From an uncultured Thermodesulfobacteriota bacterium (lineage in GTDB: Bacteria; Desulfobacterota; Desulfarculia; JACQYL01): a DNA stretch of 64,000 nucleotides. The notes under the pieces are model-generated. The model made no database searches. It saw only the letters and a list, made by a program, of their open reading frames with translations, and was not told where the DNA came from. Location: NCBI GenBank assembly GCA_964597345.1, contig CAZQXK010000007.1:6099-70098 (forward strand). Direction: 5' to 3'. Shown piece after piece: positions 27,837 to 37,332 of this stretch. Numbering within the stretch: the stretch's first letter is position 1; every line of letters begins with the position of its first letter. Position numbers and translations under genes: made by a program.

Positions 27837-28699
27837 ACGTGCTCCAGGTTCTTTCTTGGTCCGCGATAGGTAACGACCACCTGCTCTTCAAAGTCCAGAT
27901 CGATGGACTGGATGAGGTGCCAGTGTCCCCTCCGGTTCAAATCCTCCATGACTTCGGAGAGCCGGCGGAACTTGCCCGAATAATGGGTGGTTCCCAGCCG
28001 AATACGTACCTGGTCCCGGGTAAGCAGGGCCAGAGAACCTTCTCCTTCCACCTGGATCTCCGAAACCATGGCCGACTGAACCGGCGTCCGGTTGTGCTCG
28101 AGCAGATTCAGCAGCAGCAGAATCCGCTCTTTCATTTCGCTTTCCTGAAACAACCCGCCTTCAAACTTCTCGGCGCCCAGCCCGGTAATCACGGGATAGT
28201 TCAGGGAGTCTCCCCGCCGCACTTTCTGGAACGGTATTCCCTGATCGTCCAGATAATAAAGCTGCTGCAGGCTCAAAAGGGCCAGGGGTTTGCGCTCCCA
28301 GATACGAACCCAGAGTTCGTCGGGAAGCTCCCTCCGAACCAGAGCCTTGGAAACCCACGGTTCCGTCTCGATCCGGGCGGCCGTTTGCTGAAGATCCAGA
28401 GCGAGTACGCTGGTCCGGCTGTCCACGTTCATGAGTTGAATAACGTGCTGTTCCTCCAATTGTTCGCATCCCACGAGAGTGATTCCCCTGAGAAAGAAAT
28501 ACGGCGATCGGAGCACCCAGTCGTACAGGGTCAGAATGGAGACACTCGCCAGGAACCCGCCCAGGAGACAGCCGAGAACCCTCACGCAGAACGCCGTGGG
28601 CGGGATTCTCCTTCTTCCCCCGTTTCCCGCGGCAACATACCGGTTTCTCTTGAATCTCTTCGGCTTGGGAGGAATCATGGCGTCTCGTCCAACAACCAT
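27833..28699 (-). CDS. ftsQ: cell division protein FtsQ (POTRA)
   Basis: Single TM then POTRA/FtsQ domain; position between murB and ftsA. Start may be Met8 (28678). Confidence 0.8.
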   Translation of the reverse strand: MVVGRDAMIPPKPKRFKRNRYVAAGNGGRRRIPPTAFCVRVLGCLLGGFLASVSILTLYDWVLRSPYFFLRGITLVGCEQLEEQHVIQLMNVDSRTSVLALDLQQTAARIETEPWVSKALVRRELPDELWVRIWERKPLALLSLQQLYYLDDQGIPFQKVRRGDSLNYPVITGLGAEKFEGGLFQESEMKERILLLLNLLEHNRTPVQSAMVSEIQVEGEGSLALLTRDQVRIRLGTTHYSGKFRRLSEVMEDLNRRGHWHLIQSIDLDFEEQVVVTYRGPRKNLEHV

Positions 28700-29637
28700 T
28701 CCATTACACCGGTTTCGCCCAGCAACGTCACTTCAGGATGCAGAACCACGCCGAAGCGGCTCCGGACCGCCTGCCGTATCGAGCGCATCAGAGTCAGGAT
28801 ATCCGCCGCCGTGGCATCACCCCGGTTCAGGATGAAATTGGCGTGATCCCGGCTGACCATCGCTCCTCCCCGTCGCGTTCCCTTGAGTCCCGCCTCATCG
28901 ATCAGCCGGCCGGCGGACTGTTCCCCCGGATTCCTGAATACACATCCCGCCGAACGCGGATGTGTCGGCTGAGTATTCATCCGTTCCCTCAAGCGGCTCC
29001 GAATGTCCCGCCGAATGTGTTCGGACTTTCTGGGAAACACTTCGAATGCAGCCCGAAGAATCACGGAACCCGGAGGCAGATTCAGGTGTCGATACGCAAA
29101 AGACAGGTCCCGGCGGGGGACGCGTTCCACGACGCCGTCCGTTTTCATCCACTCCACCCACCGGGTGCGTTCCTCAACGGCTCCCCACCGCGTCCCCGCG
29201 TTCATGCACAAGCCTCCCCCCACCGAGCCCGGAATCCCCACGGCGAACTCGAAGCCTCCCAGACCCCGGCGCAGCAGTTGCCTTTGGAGAGCGGGAAGGG
29301 AAACCCCCGCTTCGACCTCACAGATCATGGGATCTCCAGGGTGCTCCCGCTCCTCGGGAATCAGGGTGGCGGAAAAACCGCCCCGAAGGGAAACGATCAC
29401 CCCCCGGAACCCGGCATCCGTCGCCAGGAGATTGGTCCCCCTTCCCAGGAAAAATACGGGAATTTCGTACTCCCGGGTCACATCCATAAGAAACCCGAGC
29501 TGACGCACATCCTTGGGAAACGCCAGGGCGTCCGCGGGCCCGCCCACACGGAAGCTTGTAAGCCGTTTCAGAGGCGCCCCGAACTGCACGCCTTCGCCTA
29601 AAGAGGTTTGCAGCAATTCCGTAACGCGGCGGTTCAT
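28675..29637 (-). CDS. murB: UDP-N-acetylenolpyruvoylglucosamine reductase
   Basis: FAD-binding PCMH domain (SFRVGGPAD) and MurB C-terminal domain. Confidence 0.9.
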   Translation of the reverse strand: MNRRVTELLQTSLGEGVQFGAPLKRLTSFRVGGPADALAFPKDVRQLGFLMDVTREYEIPVFFLGRGTNLLATDAGFRGVIVSLRGGFSATLIPEEREHPGDPMICEVEAGVSLPALQRQLLRRGLGGFEFAVGIPGSVGGGLCMNAGTRWGAVEERTRWVEWMKTDGVVERVPRRDLSFAYRHLNLPPGSVILRAAFEVFPRKSEHIRRDIRSRLRERMNTQPTHPRSAGCVFRNPGEQSAGRLIDEAGLKGTRRGGAMVSRDHANFILNRGDATAADILTLMRSIRQAVRSRFGVVLHPEVTLLGETGVMEWLLDETP

Positions 29638-31013
29638 CCCGATTGCTTTCCCTCAAGAAATTCCCGGGCCACCTCGTACACATTCCCCGCACCCAAGGTG
29701 AGCAGAAGGTCCCCCGGACGGCAGTGCGTTTTCACATGCCGGGCCACGTCTTCCAACCGTCCTATATAGCAAACATCCCGATGACCGTGTTCTCGGATAC
29801 CTTCGCTCAGACGTTTTCCGCTCACATCAGGAACAGGAGACTCTCCCGCCGGATAAATGTCCGTTATGACGAGATGATCCGCATGGTAGAAAGATTTTAC
29901 GAACTCGTCATAGAGAAACCGGGTACGGGTATACCGATGAGGCTGGAACACCACCACTACACGTCGCTGCTCCCAAGAATCGCGCACGGCTTTCAGGGTG
30001 GCCCGGATCTCTGTGGGATGGTGCCCGTAGTCGTCCATGACGAGGATGTCGTCCACGGTACCCAGCAGTTCCAGCCGGCGCCCCACCTGGCCCAGCTTGT
30101 CCAGACTGCGGGCCATCGCTTCGAAAGGGACATCCAACTCCAGGCCCACGGCCAAGGAGGCCAACGCATTGTATAAATTGTGGATGCCCGGGATATTCAG
30201 TTGCACCTGCCCCAGTTCCCGACCCTGATACTGCGCTTTGAAACGCGTGACGGTCCCCGCCGGCTGTACATCCGACGCCCGCAGGTCCGCCTGGGCCGTG
30301 AGGCCGTATGTGACCCGCCGGCGCTGGACATGCGGCAACAAGTCCTGCAGCCCCGGGTCGTCCAGACAAAGCACGTTCAATCCGTAGAAAGGCACCTTGT
30401 TGATGAACTGGAGAAAGGTGGACTTCACGTGATCCAGGTCCCGATAATAGTCCAGGTGCTCCGCATCCAAATTGGTTACCACGACGATAGCGGGAGACAG
30501 CCTCAAGAACGATCCATCGCTTTCATCCGCTTCCGCCACCATGATATCGCTTTGCCCCAAACGGGCGTTGCTGCCGAACGTGGACAGTCGGCCTCCGATC
30601 ACGACCGTGGGATCCAGTCCGGCATCCGTTAGAATCTGGCCCACCATACTGGTGGTCGTGGTCTTTCCATGGGCCCCCGCAACGGCGATACCGTGTTTGG
30701 TCCGCATCAGTTCGGAAAGCATTTCCGCTCGTTGAATGACCGGGATTTTCAGTTCCCGAGCCATCCGGACTTCCTCGTTCTCCTCATGAACCGCGGAAGA
30801 CACCACCACTACGTCCGCGCCTTGAATCTGTTCGGCGCGGTGTCCCAGAAACACGTGAGCCCCCAGGGACATGAGCCGCCGAACGAGGTCCGACGTCCGG
30901 ATATCGGATCCCTGCACGCGGTAGCCCTGATTGAGCAACACCTCGGCGATGCCGCTCATGCCCACGCCGCCGATACCTACAAAATGGATGTTTCGTATCT
31001 TGGTGCGTTTCAT
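29634..31013 (-). CDS. murC: UDP-N-acetylmuramate--L-alanine ligase
   Basis: MKRTKIRNIHFVGIGGVGMSGIAEVL; GKTTTTSM P-loop. Confidence 0.9.
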   Translation of the reverse strand: MKRTKIRNIHFVGIGGVGMSGIAEVLLNQGYRVQGSDIRTSDLVRRLMSLGAHVFLGHRAEQIQGADVVVVSSAVHEENEEVRMARELKIPVIQRAEMLSELMRTKHGIAVAGAHGKTTTTSMVGQILTDAGLDPTVVIGGRLSTFGSNARLGQSDIMVAEADESDGSFLRLSPAIVVVTNLDAEHLDYYRDLDHVKSTFLQFINKVPFYGLNVLCLDDPGLQDLLPHVQRRRVTYGLTAQADLRASDVQPAGTVTRFKAQYQGRELGQVQLNIPGIHNLYNALASLAVGLELDVPFEAMARSLDKLGQVGRRLELLGTVDDILVMDDYGHHPTEIRATLKAVRDSWEQRRVVVVFQPHRYTRTRFLYDEFVKSFYHADHLVITDIYPAGESPVPDVSGKRLSEGIREHGHRDVCYIGRLEDVARHVKTHCRPGDLLLTLGAGNVYEVAREFLEGKQSG

Positions 31014-32083
31014 GCTCGTATCACTTCCGCGCACACCGCCACGGCCTGAGCCGCAGCGTCCCGCCGGGAAAGGGTTCCGGCCCGTTCCCCCATGACCCTG
31101 AGTTCTTCCGGGCTCGAAATCAGCTCGGCGAGTTCACGGGCCAGGCGCTCCGGAGTCAGTTCGGATTCCAGGATCACTCGAGCCGCTTTCCGGACCTCCC
31201 ACACGCGGGCGTTCATTTCCTGATGGTTATGGGCCGCGTACGGATAGGGAATCAGTACGGCCCCACGCCCCACGGCGGCCAGTTCCGCCAGGATAGTGGC
31301 TCCGGCCCGCCCCACCACGAGGTCCGCTCTGGAAATCGCCGCGGCCATGTCATCGACAAACGGCGCCGTTTGCGCCGAGACCCCGGCGGATTCATAGTTT
31401 CGAGCCGTTTCCGTTTCCTCATCGGTCCCCGTCTGATGCAACACGGAAACCGGGTTCCCCGTTCGTTCGAGCAAGCCCAGCGCCGCAGGCGTCACCCGAT
31501 TGATCTTCCTGGAACCCTGACTTCCTCCGGTTACCAGCAGATGAATGCGCCCCGGTTCCCGGAGATCGGGACCGTGAAGGAACGATTCCCGCACCGGGTT
31601 TCCCACCACCCGCACCCGATCCCGAGGAAACCAGCCGGCGGATTCTTCGTAGGAACACAGAATCCTGTGCGCCAGCCGACCCAGCCATCGGTTGGTCATT
31701 CCGGGGCGCACATTCTGTTCCTGGATGACCAGGGGGATCCCCATCAGACGCGCCGCAACACCCATGGGTCCCGAGGAATATCCTCCCAGCCCGATGACCA
31801 GCGACGGTTTCAGCCGTCGAAGGAGCCACACGCTCTGCCCGATCCCGCGTAGCGCCCGGAACAATGAAACGGGCTTTCCCCAGAGTCCCTTGTCCGCCAA
31901 TCCGGCACCGTCGATGACGTGGTAGCCGTAACCCGTTCGCGGCAACACGCGTCGTTCCACCGGCCGCCCGGTCCCCACGAACACCGTTTCGACGGTTTGC
32001 AGGGTCCGCTCCAACGCTCCAGCCAGAGCCAACCCGGGGAAAAGATGACCTCCGGTCCCACCTCCCGCGAACACGATGCGCAT
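31010..32083 (-). CDS. murG: undecaprenyldiphospho-muramoylpentapeptide beta-N-acetylglucosaminyltransferase
   Basis: MRIVFAGGGTGGHLFPGLA; its ATG overlaps the ftsW TGA (ATGA). Confidence 0.9.
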   Translation of the reverse strand: MRIVFAGGGTGGHLFPGLALAGALERTLQTVETVFVGTGRPVERRVLPRTGYGYHVIDGAGLADKGLWGKPVSLFRALRGIGQSVWLLRRLKPSLVIGLGGYSSGPMGVAARLMGIPLVIQEQNVRPGMTNRWLGRLAHRILCSYEESAGWFPRDRVRVVGNPVRESFLHGPDLREPGRIHLLVTGGSQGSRKINRVTPAALGLLERTGNPVSVLHQTGTDEETETARNYESAGVSAQTAPFVDDMAAAISRADLVVGRAGATILAELAAVGRGAVLIPYPYAAHNHQEMNARVWEVRKAARVILESELTPERLARELAELISSPEELRVMGERAGTLSRRDAAAQAVAVCAEVIRA

Positions 32084-33216
32084 CACGTGGAACTCCGTCG
32101 ATTCAGGTACCGAATGTTGCACAGAATTCCCAGCATACTCAGACTCACCACCATGGAGGAACCTCCGTAACTGATGAACGGCAGCGGCAGGCCCTTGGTG
32201 GGAACCAATCCGAGGACGACAAACAAATTCAGGATCACCTGGGTACTGAGCAGTAAGGTAATGCCGAAAGCCAGTAAGGATCCGAAGGGGTCCAGAACGG
32301 ACCGGGCGATCTTCATGCCCCTCCAGAATATGAGCACGTATACGCCGGTGGTCAGCGCCACGCCCAGGAGTCCCATTTCCTCCCCCAGCACCGATAGTAT
32401 GAAGTCCGTGTGCGGCTCGGGAAGATAGAAGAGTTTCTGTTTACCGTCCCCTACTCCCACGCCCAGGATCCCGCCGGAACCGAAGGCCATGAACGAGTGA
32501 ATGATCTGAAATCCTCGATTCAGAGGATCCGCCCAGGGGTCCAGGAACGCCAGGAGACGGTCCAAGCGGTACGGTTCCACCAAAATGCTTACGGCCAGGA
32601 GCACCAGGCCGGCCAACGACGTGGCCGCCAGATGCATCAAACGAGCCCCGCCGACGAACAGCATCGCCACGGTTACCACCGTCAGCACCGCCACCGTGCC
32701 GAGGTCCTTCTGGGAAAGCACCAGAAGGACGACAATGCCCAGAAAAATCATGTGAGGTATGTATCCCGTGGCCAGGTCCCGAATCTGCTCCCCCTTTTTG
32801 CTTATGGAATAGGCCATGTACATGACCAACCCCACCTTGGCCGCTTCGGAAGGTTGAAACGACCATCCCAACACGTGAATCCATCTTCTGGCCCCACCCA
32901 CTTCGACCCCGAGTCCGGGGACGAATACCAGCAGCATCAAGCCGCAAACCCCAAAAAATATGGGGTACACCAACCGCCTGTAGACGCCGTAGGGCAGGTG
33001 CGAAAGGAAAATCAAGGCGCATATCCCGAGCCCCGCCGAAAAGGCCTGACGTTTCAAGAAGTAATAGGCGTCCCCATACTGTCTGGAGGCCAGAGCCGAA
33101 CTCGCGCTGAACACCATGACCAGGCCCAGACCCACTAATGCGCATACACTCAGAGCCAGTGCAGGGTCCAAAGGCGTCAGGACATTCCATCGGCGGAACC
33201 GGCTCACCGCGTCCAA
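32083..33216 (-). CDS. ftsW: lipid II flippase/peptidoglycan polymerase FtsW (SEDS)
   Basis: 10-TM SEDS protein with conserved FtsW/RodA motifs. Confidence 0.9.
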   Translation of the reverse strand: MDAVSRFRRWNVLTPLDPALALSVCALVGLGLVMVFSASSALASRQYGDAYYFLKRQAFSAGLGICALIFLSHLPYGVYRRLVYPIFFGVCGLMLLVFVPGLGVEVGGARRWIHVLGWSFQPSEAAKVGLVMYMAYSISKKGEQIRDLATGYIPHMIFLGIVVLLVLSQKDLGTVAVLTVVTVAMLFVGGARLMHLAATSLAGLVLLAVSILVEPYRLDRLLAFLDPWADPLNRGFQIIHSFMAFGSGGILGVGVGDGKQKLFYLPEPHTDFILSVLGEEMGLLGVALTTGVYVLIFWRGMKIARSVLDPFGSLLAFGITLLLSTQVILNLFVVLGLVPTKGLPLPFISYGGSSMVVSLSMLGILCNIRYLNRRSST

Positions 33217-33316
33217 TCCCCATCAGCATTGCCGAGGGGCCGGAGTACTCTTCTTCCGCCGCCCCCCCCGGCAACCTCGTTCTTTTTGGGGTTGTCATAC
33301 TTGGGTTGCATGCGTT

Positions 33317-34396
33317 TCACCGTAACTTCAACGTACTTATCCCGATGAGTCCCAGGATGAATGCAATGATCCAGAAACGAACGATGACTTTGGGCTCCGC
33401 CCAGCCTTTCAATTCAAAATGATGGTGTATGGGCGCCATGCGAAAGATACGCCGTCCGTTGGTGAGCTTGAAATATCCCACCTGAAAAATGACCGACAGG
33501 GCTTCGAGTACGAAAATTCCCCCCACGATAACGAGCAGGATTTCCTGCTTGGTCAGGACGGCCAACGTTCCCAGGGCGCCTCCCAGGGACAGCGACCCCG
33601 TATCTCCCATGAAGATCTGCGCCGGATACGTGTTGAACCACAAGAACCCCACGGCGGCCCCCACCATGGCCCCGCAAAACACCGTGAGTTCCCCCGTACC
33701 GGGTATGTGCGTGATCTGGAGGTACTTGGCGATGATCGCGTTTCCCACCAGGTAACAGAACACCAGATACGTGGCGAAAGCCACGATCCCCGGCCCTATG
33801 GCGAGCCCGTCCAACCCGTCGGTAAGGTTCACCGCATTGGAGCATCCCGTAATGATAAACATGGATAGGGCAATGTACCCCAATCCCAAATCCGGGTTCA
33901 GCGCCTTGAAAAACGGAAAGGCCAATCGCGTGTCGAAATCCGTGAACACCACCAGGTACACGGTCACGAGAAAACTGGCGCCCAATTGCCCCAAGAGCTT
34001 GTATCTTCCCTTGAGACCCTTGTTGCGTCTCCGGATGAGCTTGAAATAATCGTCCGCGAACCCAATGGCGCCGCACACCAGGGTTATGAACAACACGATC
34101 CATATATATATGTTGTCCAGGCGGGCCCATAGTAGTGTGGAGAAGACCACCGCAAACAATATCAGAACTCCCCCCATGGTAGGAGTCCCCTCCTTGGGCT
34201 TGTGGGTAACGGGGCCTTCCTTTCGAATGAACTGTCCCACACGGTATTCAGTGAGCTTTTGTATGATCCATGGACCCAGTACGAAACAGATCATCAGCGC
34301 CGTGAGAATGGCGTAAATCGTCCGGAACGTGATGTAACGGAACACGTTGAACACCGGGTGGAGCGTGTGCAGGGGATATAACAGTTCATACAGCAT
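33317..34396 (-). CDS. mraY: phospho-N-acetylmuramoyl-pentapeptide transferase
   Basis: [27 protein letters not shown]; DD..N motifs. Confidence 0.95.
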   Translation of the reverse strand: MLYELLYPLHTLHPVFNVFRYITFRTIYAILTALMICFVLGPWIIQKLTEYRVGQFIRKEGPVTHKPKEGTPTMGGVLILFAVVFSTLLWARLDNIYIWIVLFITLVCGAIGFADDYFKLIRRRNKGLKGRYKLLGQLGASFLVTVYLVVFTDFDTRLAFPFFKALNPDLGLGYIALSMFIITGCSNAVNLTDGLDGLAIGPGIVAFATYLVFCYLVGNAIIAKYLQITHIPGTGELTVFCGAMVGAAVGFLWFNTYPAQIFMGDTGSLSLGGALGTLAVLTKQEILLVIVGGIFVLEALSVIFQVGYFKLTNGRRIFRMAPIHHHFELKGWAEPKVIVRFWIIAFILGLIGISTLKLR

Positions 34397-34399
34397 GAA

Positions 34400-35800
34400 T
34401 CAGTCGTCCTCTTTCAAGCGCGCCAGTACCCGTTCCATGCGCATGACCCGGCTGGCCTTGATCAACAGCACATCACCGGGCCTTACCGCCTGAGGCAAGA
34501 CTTCCAACAGGGTTTCCACAGAGGCGAACCCGTGAATCCGGTCGGAATCCATGCCGCCGTCCACGGCTCCTTGCCGCATCATCCTCCTTTGCGGCCCCAC
34601 GAAAAAGACTTCGTCCAGGTTCCGGGCCGCCGTCTGAAGACCCAATCCATAATGGGCTCCTTCCGTCTCCTCTCCGAGTTCGGCCATTTCCCCCAGCACC
34701 GCCAGAATGCGGCCGCGTCCTTTCAGTCGCACCAAGGTATTCAGGGCGGCTTCCATGCTGGCCGGGTTCGCATTGTAGGCGTCATCCAGGACGCGGATGT
34801 TCCGCGGCAGTTCCAAGAGCCGGGTGCGGCCCTCCAGGGGCCTGAAATCCCGAAGTCCGTTACGGACGGCGTCCATGTCCGAACCCGCCGCCCACGCCGT
34901 TGCGGCCGCCGCCAGTGCGTTCTGTTCCAGCGGTTCTCCCGAGCCCGTCAACTCCGCCACGAGTTCTCGGCCGTCTATTTCCATGAGCAAAACCGTCGTA
35001 TTGTTATCCCGGATTCTCGCTTCCTTGAGCCGCACCGCCGCTGGTCGGCGGCGGGAGAACGTCACCGTGTTTCCCTGAAATCCTTTGGCCGTTTCCACCA
35101 GGCGCGGGTCATCCGCGTTCAGCACGAAGGTCCCGTCGGCCGGCAACGCGGGCAGAAGTTCGCCTTTCGCCCTGGCCACCCCTTCCAGACTGCCGAAACC
35201 TTCCAGATGGGCCGGTCCGATGTTCGTAATGAGCCCCACCGTGGGACGGGCGATATCGGCCAACCGTTTGATTTCGCCAAAGGCGTTGGCGCCCATCTCG
35301 AGGACCAGGTACCGGTGCTCCGGAGCCAATCGAAACAGAGTCAGGGGAAGTCCCACCAGGTTATTCAGGTTTCCTGAATTTTTCAGGACCGGCCCCAGAA
35401 AGGACAGAATCCCGGCCACCATCTCCTTGGTGGTGGTTTTCCCGTTACTCCCCGTGATCCCCACCACGGGTCCCCGGAAGGTGCTTCGCACCGCGACGGC
35501 GAGATCACCCAGAGCCTGCAAAGTATCCTTGACGGCGATAAGAAAGAAATCCGGTCGAAGATCGTCCCAAGCCCCCGAAGCCGGCCTTTCTTCATGCACC
35601 ACGGCTCCGGCGGCCCCCTTGGAGCAGACTTCCGCCACGAACCCGTGCCCGTCGAACCGGTCCCCCGAGAGCGCCACAAAAAGTTCCCCGGGACTCAGAG
35701 TGCGGGAATCCGTGGATACGCCTCGAGCCGTCGTGTCCGGACGCCCCCGAATCAGGCGCCCACGGACGGCCCGGCATAGCTCGCCGGCCTTCCGTTTCAT
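34400..35800 (-). CDS. murF: UDP-MurNAc-tripeptide--D-Ala-D-Ala ligase
   Basis: Starts at MKRKAGELC (overlaps murE stop); DSR..G.LFVAL.G...DGH and GITGSNGKTTTKEM motifs. Confidence 0.85.
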   Translation of the reverse strand: MKRKAGELCRAVRGRLIRGRPDTTARGVSTDSRTLSPGELFVALSGDRFDGHGFVAEVCSKGAAGAVVHEERPASGAWDDLRPDFFLIAVKDTLQALGDLAVAVRSTFRGPVVGITGSNGKTTTKEMVAGILSFLGPVLKNSGNLNNLVGLPLTLFRLAPEHRYLVLEMGANAFGEIKRLADIARPTVGLITNIGPAHLEGFGSLEGVARAKGELLPALPADGTFVLNADDPRLVETAKGFQGNTVTFSRRRPAAVRLKEARIRDNNTTVLLMEIDGRELVAELTGSGEPLEQNALAAAATAWAAGSDMDAVRNGLRDFRPLEGRTRLLELPRNIRVLDDAYNANPASMEAALNTLVRLKGRGRILAVLGEMAELGEETEGAHYGLGLQTAARNLDEVFFVGPQRRMMRQGAVDGGMDSDRIHGFASVETLLEVLPQAVRPGDVLLIKASRVMRMERVLARLKEDD

Positions 35801-37332
35801 GATGGCCCCGCCTTCCGTTTCAGGGCTTCCCGAACCTCCTCGGTGTCGTCGAAATGAAGCCTTTGGGAACCGACGATCTGGTCCGTCTCGTGACCTTTGC
35901 CCGCCACCAATACCACGTCGTATGAACCGGCCAGGGCCACGGCCCATTGAATGGCTTTACGCCGGTCGGGTTCCACCGCGTACCACCCGACTTCCTCGGC
36001 CAAACCGTGCGCAAGCGGGCGTTTCACAAGGCCGGCGGCATTCACACCGGTTTCGATGTCCCGTATGACGGCCTCCGGTCTCTCACTGCGGGGATTATCC
36101 GATGTGATGATGACCGCGCTGCTGCGTTCCGCCGCCGCCACGCCCATGAGGGGGCGTTTGCCCCGATCGCGATCGCCGCCGCAGCCGAACACGGTAACCA
36201 CTCTCCGCGGAGACAAACCCTGAACCGCGTCCAATACCTTCTCCATGGCTTCGGGCGTGTGCGCGTAATCCACCACGACCCGTTCGTCCCGATCTCCCCG
36301 AAACCATTCCATTCGTCCCGGGACACGCTCTAGACGAACAGCGCCCTCCTGCACGGCGTCCAGGGGAACTCCCATCGCCAAGGCAGCCGCGGCCGCAGCC
36401 AGGACATTCATGGCATTCAGACGCCCCACGAGAGGAGAACGCAGGCGTATCGAATTTCCTTCCCATTGGAGGAGGAGATCGAAACCCTCCATGTCCGATT
36501 TGAGAATCGTCCCGGAATAGTCGCTGTCGAAAACCATTCCATAGGAGCGAACCCTTCCCGGAAAAGCCTGGATGAGTTCCCGCCCGTACGGGTCATCCGC
36601 GTTGCTCAAGGCGGGCGCGGAAACCCGAGTCTCGGACGTATCCAGCACCATCTGGAAGAGCAGCTTCTTGGCGGCGAAGTAATCGTCCATATCCCGGTGG
36701 TAGTCCAGATGATCCCGGGACAGGTTGGTGAAGAGCACCGTGCAAAACCGGCATCCCGCCACACGGCTCTGGCGCAGGGCATGGGAAGACACTTCCATGA
36801 CCGCGTGCGTCACCCCCGAGTCGGACATGCGCGCCAGAAGACGTTGAAGGTCCACGGACTCCGGGGTGGTGGCGGAAGCGGGCAGAGAAGCGCCCGGATA
36901 GCGGTATCCTATGGTTCCGATGACCCCGACACGATGTCCCGCAGCCGTCAACATGGATTCGAGGAGATAGGTGGTGGTGGTTTTCCCATTGGTCCCCGTG
37001 ACCCCGATGAGGGCCATTTTCTCCGAAGGCATGCCGAAAAACCGATGGGCCGCCCAGCCCAAGGTCTTCCGGGCATCCGCCACGTTCAACACAGGACCCG
37101 GAAACCGGGGCCACCCCATCGAAGGCGCTTCGTCCAGCAGGAGAGCCGCCGCCCCGTTTCGGACGGCATCGGATAGAAACTCGAGACCGTGGCTCCTGCC
37201 GCCCTTCAATGCCGCAAAGAGCGTGTTTGGGCCCACCCTTCGGGAATCGTACGCCAGATCCTCGATGACGGGATCCCCCGAACCTCTCCGGTCCAGGATC
37301 GCTTCGGCGGGAACCAACTCAGACAGTCTCAA
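35797..37332 (-). CDS. murE: UDP-MurNAc-L-Ala-D-Glu--2,6-diaminopimelate ligase
   Basis: GVTGTNGKTTTTYL P-loop; C-terminal TSDNPRSE motif. Confidence 0.9.
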   Translation of the reverse strand: MRLSELVPAEAILDRRGSGDPVIEDLAYDSRRVGPNTLFAALKGGRSHGLEFLSDAVRNGAAALLLDEAPSMGWPRFPGPVLNVADARKTLGWAAHRFFGMPSEKMALIGVTGTNGKTTTTYLLESMLTAAGHRVGVIGTIGYRYPGASLPASATTPESVDLQRLLARMSDSGVTHAVMEVSSHALRQSRVAGCRFCTVLFTNLSRDHLDYHRDMDDYFAAKKLLFQMVLDTSETRVSAPALSNADDPYGRELIQAFPGRVRSYGMVFDSDYSGTILKSDMEGFDLLLQWEGNSIRLRSPLVGRLNAMNVLAAAAAALAMGVPLDAVQEGAVRLERVPGRMEWFRGDRDERVVVDYAHTPEAMEKVLDAVQGLSPRRVVTVFGCGGDRDRGKRPLMGVAAAERSSAVIITSDNPRSERPEAVIRDIETGVNAAGLVKRPLAHGLAEEVGWYAVEPDRRKAIQWAVALAGSYDVVLVAGKGHETDQIVGSQRLHFDDTEEVREALKRKAGPS

